A DNA stretch of 64,000 nt from IMG/VR virus record IMGVR_UViG_3300045952_000362, positions 628 to 64,627 of that record; one strand, 5' to 3'. Within the stretch, counting starts at the first letter, position 1; each line of letters opens with the position of its first letter. Positions 57,382-64,000 of this stretch are shown in pieces. The DNA comes from a virus (taxonomy: Duplodnaviria; Caudoviricetes). The position numbers and the translations under genes are program-made. The notes beneath the pieces are model-generated. The model did not search any database and had not been told where the DNA came from. It was given only the letters and a program-made list of their open reading frames with translations.

Positions 57382-57799
57382 CTCGAGCTCCTGACGCGAT
57401 GTCGAGCAGGGCCGCGACCATCGGTATCTCGATGCCGTGCACCACTCGGGTAATGTATTGGTAGGCGTACTTGAAACGCAACAGATCGCGCAGCACGATG
57501 CGACAGTCGGCCGGATTGAGACGGCTGTTCATGGCTGCGTCGGCAACTTCGGTTGCATACGGCACCACGAGAGTGGAGGCTCCCGACAGAGTCGTGCACA
57601 GGGCCGTGAGCGGGGTCATGTTCAACGCCCGCAACCGATCGGCGTTGTCATCCAACGTCTTGATCAGGTCGCCCGTGATCTCCATCAGCAATTCGACCTG
57701 CGCGTCTGCTAGCGCCGCCTCGGCAGTGTCCGGACTCGCCGGCATCTTCGCTTTTGTTTTGAGATCCGCTTCGTGCCACAACTCGAACAGTGACTTCAT
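57365..57799 (-). CDS. Hypothetical helical protein
   Basis: ORF with RBS GGAGGA; coupled to the GT gene. Confidence 0.55.
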   Translation of the reverse strand: MKSLFELWHEADLKTKAKMPASPDTAEAALADAQVELLMEITGDLIKTLDDNADRLRALNMTPLTALCTTLSGASTLVVPYATEVADAAMNSRLNPADCRIVLRDLLRFKYAYQYITRVVHGIEIPMVAALLDIASGARDDRNS

Positions 57800-58177
57800 T
57801 TCTTCCTCCGACCCGAACCGACGCGACGTAGTTTCCGTAGGCGGTGGCCGTCGCTGACCCTGCGCCCATCACAGAACAGAAAACACTCGTGACACGTAAA
57901 CTTCTTCCACGACACCTTGTTGAAACACCCCCGGCACTGACACCGAAACCGCGACGGAGGAAACTTCCACCGCTGCTGCTTGCGCCATGCGACGGTCATC
58001 CGAGTCGACTCAGCACCACGACACCGAGCGCCACGAGCACAACGAACCCGCCCAGCCCGATCTCGAGCAGACGACCACCGTTGCCGAAGACATCGTCCGC
58101 GGTCACACGATCGCCCTTGCCCCACAGCCACCCATGACCCACGCACTTGATGATCAGCAATCCAAACACCTCGAACA

Positions 58178-59647
58178 TCACGCCACCTCCCCCGGCGACA
58201 GCCGCGTGATCTTCGCGAGACGGGCCGCCACACTGGCCGCCATGGCTTGCGAGAACCGTTTGCTGTCGATCTGTTTGCTCTGCAACGCTTCGACCACATC
58301 CTCGTCCGATGTCCCGATGGTGACCAAGTCGATCACCGTGACCGGGTCCCTCTTCTGGGGATGAATGATCCGGTCCTCCGACTGTCGGCGATCTTCGTGC
58401 TCGTACGTGTTCGAGTAGTAGAGCTCGTAGTTCGCTCTCGAGAGGTCCCACCCGAACTGCCCGAGCGCCACTTGCATCAGCAGCACGCGGGTGTGCCCGT
58501 CCTGGAATCGATCTTGGATGACGGAGCGTTCGCTCTTCGGCATCTTCAGCCCGCCGTGGACCCGTTCGACCTTCACTTTCTTGCGCGTCAGATACTCCCA
58601 GCAGTAGTCGATCTCTTGGTTGAATCGGAACCACACCACCACGCTCTCACGCGGCAGCTCTTCCGTCAGCACCTCGTGCAACAGTCGTGGCTTGCCGTCG
58701 TCCAACAGCACACCATCCTCGGTGGGCGAGAACCCCCCGGCGATCTTCTGCATCCACGTCTCTTTGACGGGGGCCCACTTCGTCTCCGTGCCTTCGTACT
58801 CGTATGACTTGGCCACCTGCTTCAGTGCGCGCATCTGCTTCGGTCCCATGGGGACACTGCGCATCTCGTAACTCTTCTTGCTGCCGATGCCCGCCTTGGC
58901 GCGTGTGAGGATGAAGCTGTTCTGGTGGACGAACGCTTTGATGGCGTCGAGGGTTCCCTTCTTCGGATACCACTGCCCGGCAAACGCCCCGGCGGAGAAG
59001 TAGCGGTGCCGCCATGCCCAGAAGTTTGTGTAGCCCATGCAATGTCCAAGGGTGAACTGGAACTGCGTGAAGAAATCCATGGGCGACTCCGGGTTCGGTA
59101 GGCCCGACAGAATGGCCCGCAGGTCGGCCTCGCCCCGGTTGAGTAACGTCTTCGTGATCTGTGCCTGTGGGTTGCGAATGCGCGTGCTTTCGTCCACGAT
59201 GATGGCATCCCACGGCCAGTCCAAGAGATCGGGGGCCACACGCAGTCCTTCGAAGTGCAGCAGGAACCACCCTTCGGCCTTGCGACGCACCAGCCCACGG
59301 ACGGTGTCACCGGCTCGGGCAAACAAATCGTCGTAGCCTTCAGGAGCCTCTACGATTCCTCGTTCCCACTTCCACCGGGCCGCTGCTTCGCGGTCCTCCG
59401 TCGGCATGTTGCACAACATCGTCACGGTCTCACCGTGCCGGCGCAGGTGGCCTTCCCAGTTGCGTGTGCCCACGAGGGTGTTCCACGGGGCCAACAGCAG
59501 GATACGCCGGGCACCTTTCTCGCGGATCCACTTCATGGTCACGTAGGTCTTGCCGACACGCATCTCGAGGAACAGGGCGATCCGGTCGCGCGTCTTCGCA
59601 TACTGGAAGACGGGACGCTGATGCGGCAGCAGGGTGATGTCGGTCAT
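58178..59647 (-). CDS. SNF2-like superfamily 2 helicase
   Basis: LLPHQ, EMRVGKT, IVDEST, LSGLP, QSEDRII. Confidence 0.9.
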   Translation of the reverse strand: MTDITLLPHQRPVFQYAKTRDRIALFLEMRVGKTYVTMKWIREKGARRILLLAPWNTLVGTRNWEGHLRRHGETVTMLCNMPTEDREAAARWKWERGIVEAPEGYDDLFARAGDTVRGLVRRKAEGWFLLHFEGLRVAPDLLDWPWDAIIVDESTRIRNPQAQITKTLLNRGEADLRAILSGLPNPESPMDFFTQFQFTLGHCMGYTNFWAWRHRYFSAGAFAGQWYPKKGTLDAIKAFVHQNSFILTRAKAGIGSKKSYEMRSVPMGPKQMRALKQVAKSYEYEGTETKWAPVKETWMQKIAGGFSPTEDGVLLDDGKPRLLHEVLTEELPRESVVVWFRFNQEIDYCWEYLTRKKVKVERVHGGLKMPKSERSVIQDRFQDGHTRVLLMQVALGQFGWDLSRANYELYYSNTYEHEDRRQSEDRIIHPQKRDPVTVIDLVTIGTSDEDVVEALQSKQIDSKRFSQAMAASVAARLAKITRLSPGEVA

Positions 59648-59874
59648 GGTTGGGCATCCATCTCTTCGCCCACGGGGTAAATCAATTCCGCACGCGGGCC
59701 TTTGTCAGTGTCCGTTGGTTCGAACTGCAACGGCATGCCTTCGGTCACTTCGTGAATCCGAAGACGGCGCAGCGCACTACGGTGCGCAAAATAGTCCACG
59801 GTGCCTTGGTTCACTTCGACACGAATGAAGAAGAACCCTCGGTCGTGGTTGATGTTCACGGCGTTGCCGATCAC
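59644..59874 (-). CDS. Cold-shock domain protein
   Basis: RGFFFI (RNP1), DYFAHRSAL (RNP2), KGPRAE. Confidence 0.88.
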   Translation of the reverse strand: MIGNAVNINHDRGFFFIRVEVNQGTVDYFAHRSALRRLRIHEVTEGMPLQFEPTDTDKGPRAELIYPVGEEMDAQP

Positions 59875-59959
59875 TGTTCCGTCTCCTCTCAAAACACGTA
59901 GAGACCGGGGGCTGGCGCGATGCCAACCCTCCGGTCTGTCTGCCGTGGGCGTCTGTGCC

Positions 59960-60343
59960 TCAGGCGCTGGCGGAGTCGCCCGACGCCGCTGCCTCCTTGA
60001 CGATGAGCCGGACCTTCTTCTTGCCGGTCTTCGCCTTGGCCTTCGCCGGGGCCGCTGCCGCCTTCTCGCCATCGCGCACGATCTCGATGGCCCCCTTCTC
60101 GGCGAACTGACGGAGGAGCGACAGCACCATGCCACGCGGATCCTGCTTGGTCTGCTTGTTGAGACCCAGCTTGTTGGCCGCGTCCGTGATCTCCGACGCC
60201 GTGCCACGTTTCACCTGCCGCACCGCCTTGTAGATGGTGGCGGCGATTGCGCCCGTCGGTTCAAGCTTGAGGGCACGCTTGAAGACGTACGACTGGTTCC
60301 ACGTGCGGGCTGCGGCTTCCTTCTTGCTCTGTTTCTTCGACAT
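59960..60343 (-). CDS. Basic winged-helix protein with Lys/Ala tail (linker-histone-like architecture)
   Basis: AATIYKAVRQVKRGTASEITDAA..MVLSLLRQFAEKGAIEIV + AAAAPAKAKAKTGKKK; RBS AGGAG before ATG 60343 (in frame with upstream ORF from 60682). Confidence 0.6.
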   Translation of the reverse strand: MSKKQSKKEAAARTWNQSYVFKRALKLEPTGAIAATIYKAVRQVKRGTASEITDAANKLGLNKQTKQDPRGMVLSLLRQFAEKGAIEIVRDGEKAAAAPAKAKAKTGKKKVRLIVKEAAASGDSASA

Positions 60344-60678
60344 GACTTCTGCTCCTACTGAAATGGCGAGGGCCTCCGCCTCCGCCTGTTGACGTTGCCT
60401 ACGACCTTCACCCGCAGCGAAGTGCTCAGCCATTGCCGTCTCACGGACGGTGCATTGTTCGCAGCCGATCTTCACCCACAGATGAATCTTATTGGGACGC
60501 ACACGGATCAACGTGTGGCCGCATTTCAAATCGATGACATCATGTCCATGCTTGCGCATCCGCGCCCGCTCTCGCATGACGGCACCCTGTGCCGGGTCCC
60601 GGCGTTCCAACTCCCGGAGCTCGTCCTCCGTCTTGGGATCGAAGTGCGTGACCCGCCGCACCTCGCGCATCATGAGTT

Positions 60679-61753
60679 TCATTTCCGTTTCCTCGGGCCC
60701 AGCACCTCGAAGATGCTTTTGGTTTCCGGGAACGGTCCCTCGGTCTCCACTTCGATCGTGGCCGACAGCAGGACCACGAGCTCGTCGCGACGTGCGATCA
60801 GCGCATCGAGCAACGCCAGTGCATCCTTCCGGGAGATACGATTGGGCGTGCTGTCGATGATGCCGCCGATCTTGTCTTCGACGTATTGCAACACATCGGA
60901 CAACCGATCGAACGTCACCTCGTTGAATCGATATCGTTCGAGGCGCACGATCTCATGCTTCGTCCTCATCCTCGCCTCCGCTTCAGTTTCACGAACAGCA
61001 CACCCTGCTTCGGTTTCCACGCCGTGATGGGACGCCAGTCGGGCCGCACCTGCGGCACCGGCATCGGCTTCGGCCGCCGATAGCGGTTGGTGGCCAGACG
61101 CGGCGTCACCCCGGCCCGGTCTGCCAACTCCAACACCAGCATCTTCACGCGACGGGCGTCCGTGGGCCACATCCACAGGGGCCAGTCGCTGCGCCAACGT
61201 TTCTGCCAGTCCCGCTCTCGCGACAATGGGTCGAACCACTGCAACCCATCGCGCTCCAACATCTCGGCATCGCCCAGCTGGAGAGCAAGGGCGTCACGGG
61301 CAGACACCACACCAGCGGCTGGGTAGCGGAGACGCGGGCCCATGCACAGGCACCACGTCCCCTTCTCCACGCCGGTCAGCCACCGGAACAGCGGCCGACG
61401 TTTGACCCGCACCTTCATACGACCACGCAGTTCTCGCACGCGTCGCATGCGAAGAAAGGTTGCAGGGACGAGTGGCCATGTCGCACCGAGACGACGTGAC
61501 CCTGCTGAAATGTCATCACACCCTTGCACTTGTGACACGGCAGTCGAATCGGTTCAGCCAGCTTGCACTTCAACATCGTCTCGAGCTCGTCCTGTTCCAC
61601 GACGACCGATCGCGCCTTGCGGATCCCGAGCCACGGCAAGATGCGCACCTCGCAGAGTGCTTTGCATCGATGGTCCAACCCCCGCACACTGGCGAGATAC
61701 AACGTGCGCACCACGACCACATACAAGGTGCGCTCGCGCCCTTCGTATGGCAT
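60679..61753 (-). CDS. Three hypothetical genes (60679-60969, 60966-61418, 61415-~61753 Zn-finger-like)
   Basis: ATGA-coupled ORFs; CHKC..CDAC in the last. Confidence 0.5.
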
Positions 61754-61866
61754 GGTGACACGAAGTGCCTGACCCACGAGGCGTGGTTTCAATCCGACTC
61801 CTGCCAAAATTGCCGACCCAACCGACCCGAGCCGACCCGAGCCCCGACCAATTCGGGGCGGAATAT

Positions 61867-61904
61867 TATCCCTCGAAACGGAACGAAAAGGGGAACTTTT
61901 TTCT
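61867..61904 (-). promoter_or_regulatory. Leftward promoter-like element, copy 2
   Basis: TATCCCTCGAAAC..AGGGGAACTTTTTTCT; minus strand A-tract, TTCCCC, GATAAT; homologous to 4738-4775. Confidence 0.55.
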
Positions 61905-62193
61905 CGGCCCGGTATTTCCCGTGCGGCTCGCGCAGGTCGGCTACGCTTCTTTTTTCTCGGGTTGGACATTTGCGTCCTCCATCGTGAGATCCAATTGCTC
62001 CAACACGCGGCCCGTTGGGCTGCAGAGTTGCACCGTATCGTCACCGAGCCAGCGTGCATCGTAGACACGCTTGCTCTGAATCGCCAGCGATGCTTGGTCG
62101 ATCATGAACAAGATCGCCCGCGTCATGAACTTGAACTCCGTGCGCTGTGGCGCGAGCGACTGCTTCGGCCACGTTTTGGTTACGATGTACACG

Positions 62194-62826
62194 CTAGCCA
62201 TTTTTGCTCTCCTGGAAAATCGTCGAAAAATTTTTCTGACGGGAAACCTTCGACCGAAGATGACGGAGGAATTTGTATCGCGCCAACATCATCGCATACA
62301 ATTTCGGTTCCGGTAGTCGCCCTCCAAACATTTTCCTTACGCGTCTCCGCCAATTAAAAAACGCTCTCTTCTCTCTCGGTTGCTTTGCCCACCACTTCTT
62401 TCGATGGTATCGATTTCGTTCCGGATTTTGATCCCGCCACCGGCGCATCGCTCGTGCGCACTTGTCCGGATTGATCCGTCGATATTTTTTTGCCTCACGC
62501 AGCATCCTCTTTTGATGACGTTTGTAAAACGCTCTCTTCTGGGAGAGGAGCTTGCTGCGGTGCTTGGCTCGCCACGCTCGGCCGTGATTCCGGTACCACT
62601 CCTTGTGGTATGCTCGGACGTGGGCTTTGTTTTTTCGATACCATCGCCGATCCCACATCGCCTTCTTTTTTCGATTCTTCCGTTTCCACTGTCGCTCACG
62701 TTCGCGCACCCGCTGTCGCTGCTCGGGCGACATGCGCTGACTGTAAGCTTTGGCGTATCGAAGAGCATGCGCGCGATTTTTCTTGTACCACTCCCGACGA
62801 TACCGTTGCTTTACAGTCAGCGCCAT
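62194..62826 (-). CDS. Highly basic repeat protein (HNH/NUMOD-type N-terminal repeats, no nuclease domain)
   Basis: Repeated REWYKKNR/RRWYRKNK units; lower GC than flanks. Confidence 0.6.
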   Translation of the reverse strand: MALTVKQRYRREWYKKNRAHALRYAKAYSQRMSPEQRQRVRERERQWKRKNRKKKAMWDRRWYRKNKAHVRAYHKEWYRNHGRAWRAKHRSKLLSQKRAFYKRHQKRMLREAKKYRRINPDKCARAMRRWRDQNPERNRYHRKKWWAKQPREKRAFFNWRRRVRKMFGGRLPEPKLYAMMLARYKFLRHLRSKVSRQKNFSTIFQESKNG

Positions 62827-62837
62827 GGCCCGTCCTC

Positions 62838-63089
62838 CTACTCCAATTGGTCTTTGACCAGTTCACGAAGCACCGTCGGCAGTTTCGCTGCAGCGACGGC
62901 AGTCGCCAGTCGATTCGACTCGGCCGCTCGCACACGAGAGTAGCCACCGATCGCCGATGCCCCGAGTTTCGCTCGGTTCAAACGATTCGGATCGGTACCC
63001 TTGTAGGTGAAGAACGAAATCAATTCGTCCGCACCCAATTCGGCTGCATGCTCGAACTTCTCCATCCGTTTCTTGTCCGTCGGTTTCAT
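62838..63089 (-). CDS. Hypothetical protein
   Basis: RBS GAGGAGAG before ATG. Confidence 0.6.
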   Translation of the reverse strand: MKPTDKKRMEKFEHAAELGADELISFFTYKGTDPNRLNRAKLGASAIGGYSRVRAAESNRLATAVAAAKLPTVLRELVKDQLE

Positions 63090-63124
63090 TGGTCTCTCCT
63101 CTGCCGGAAGACCCGTCCCGGCTC

Positions 63125-63272
63125 GGTCTTTCAGAACCCATTAACGCCCCAAGGCGTGGGGCGGTCCCAAAGGCGGGGGCAACCGGCCCCCCGACCCCCT
63201 GTAGACCGCCCTAATTGCCGCTAACCGACCCGTTCTCCCTCTCCCGGCCCACGCCCCGGCCCCGGTTTACCG
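63125..63272. repeat. GC-rich phased island 4
   Basis: A/T steps at about 63130, 63141, 63151, 63170, 63181, 63202, 63212, 63222, 63233; CCATTAACGCCCC 63138-63150. Confidence 0.8.
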
Positions 63273-63698
63273 AAGCACCGAGAGCAGGTGGGCGAGCAGG
63301 GCGCGTCGCTGCTGGGGGAGCATGCGCTTGGCCACCTCGCGGAGTTGCCCCACTGTCAGGCTGTCCAATTGCTCCCCAGCATCCTTCCGTTCGCGATCGT
63401 GCGTGTCCTTCTGCACCTGCGCGGCCACGTCCTGCGCCAGCCACTCGGCCCGGTGGTTCGCGATCGCCGGGGCGTACCCCTTGTACGCATACGTGCCGCG
63501 TGTCACGCTGGCGCCATCGCCGGTGCGGTCGACTTTCACTTCGTACTGGCCGCCGATCACATCGCCGACGATCTTCTTGTTGTAGTTCAACTGCCGCTGC
63601 TCCGCATCGAGATGCGCGTAGCAGATCTTCTTGTCCACGGGATCGAAGCGACGGCCGATGTAGATCCAGAGCTCCGAGACGCGTTTGTCTTCAGCCAC
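63267..63698 (-). CDS. Hypothetical protein
   Basis: RBS GAGGAG before GTG (MAEDKRVSELW...). Confidence 0.55.
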   Translation of the reverse strand: MAEDKRVSELWIYIGRRFDPVDKKICYAHLDAEQRQLNYNKKIVGDVIGGQYEVKVDRTGDGASVTRGTYAYKGYAPAIANHRAEWLAQDVAAQVQKDTHDRERKDAGEQLDSLTVGQLREVAKRMLPQQRRALLAHLLSVLR

Positions 63699-63881
63699 GG
63701 CGATCTCCTCTCCGATACAGATCCTGAAACACTTCCTCTTCGCGACGGCGACGTGCCAGCACGAGGAGCAACACGACAACGATCAGCAGCACACCGATGC
63801 CGCCGTAGCCGATCACGAGACGCATCCGTTCAACGATTTCAGCGATCTGTTGGTCCATGGGGTCCTCTCAATATTTGGATT

Positions 63882-64000
63882 CCGTAGCGGACCCGACGCT
63901 TGGTCCGTACGGCGTAGTGCGAAAACTTACTGGGCCGATTGTCCCACGCCAACTGCGACGCGTACAGACGCGCCTCACGCAGCAGGTCGAAGAGCACCGG
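63882..64000 (+). repeat. 119-bp exact direct repeat, copy 2 (truncated by window end)
   Basis: Identical to 1479-1597. Confidence 0.95.

Larger units (their letters stand above)
1..64000. mobile_element. Tailed dsDNA phage (siphovirus-like), near-complete genome
   Basis: Complete terminase-portal-protease-capsid-neck-tail tube-tape measure-lysis order plus primase/PolA replication arm; no host housekeeping genes; no tail sheath seen. Confidence 0.97.

Noticed and set aside
63882-64000. Simple circular-assembly overlap
   Set aside because: Match is to internal position 1479, not the window start, and the left flanks differ; kept instead as a duplication finding.
1-64000. Integrase/repressor lysogeny module or stop-codon reassignment
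   Set aside because: No recombinase motifs recognised; TAA, TAG and TGA all terminate well-defined genes under the standard code.

Overview
This window is an essentially complete, high-GC, siphovirus-like tailed phage genome of about 62 kb, with no host genes, integrase, tRNA or CRISPR array recognised. Layout: small leftward early genes (1-8760); a divergent control/origin region (8820-9480); a rightward late arm (9747-42987); and a leftward replication, nucleotide-metabolism and recombination arm (43204-64000). The late arm holds terS, membrane/exported genes, terL, portal, head genes, a 7-gene sugar-nucleotide/glycosyltransferase operon between capsid and neck genes, tail genes, endolysin and lipoprotein lysis genes. 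The replication arm holds a primase-helicase, PolA, SSB-like, Sak4-like ATPase, PD-(D/E)XK nuclease, RuvC-like, SNF2 helicase, cold-shock protein and a candidate DNA base-hypermodification pathway. Strongest leads: (1) dispersed 150-300 bp GC-rich islands with about 10-11 bp phased A/T steps and shared motifs, alongside an H1-like winged-helix protein; (2) a possible N-formyl/N-acyl amino-sugar virion glycosylation operon; (3) a divergent ThyX-like enzyme with MazG/HAD, flavoenzyme and TAGT-like glycosyltransferase genes; (4) a roughly 500-nt structured non-coding region whose promoter is mirrored in upstream hairpins; (5) a 119-bp exact duplication linking the two window ends to different downstream cassettes. 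All annotations come from motif recognition by eye; no database searches were run.
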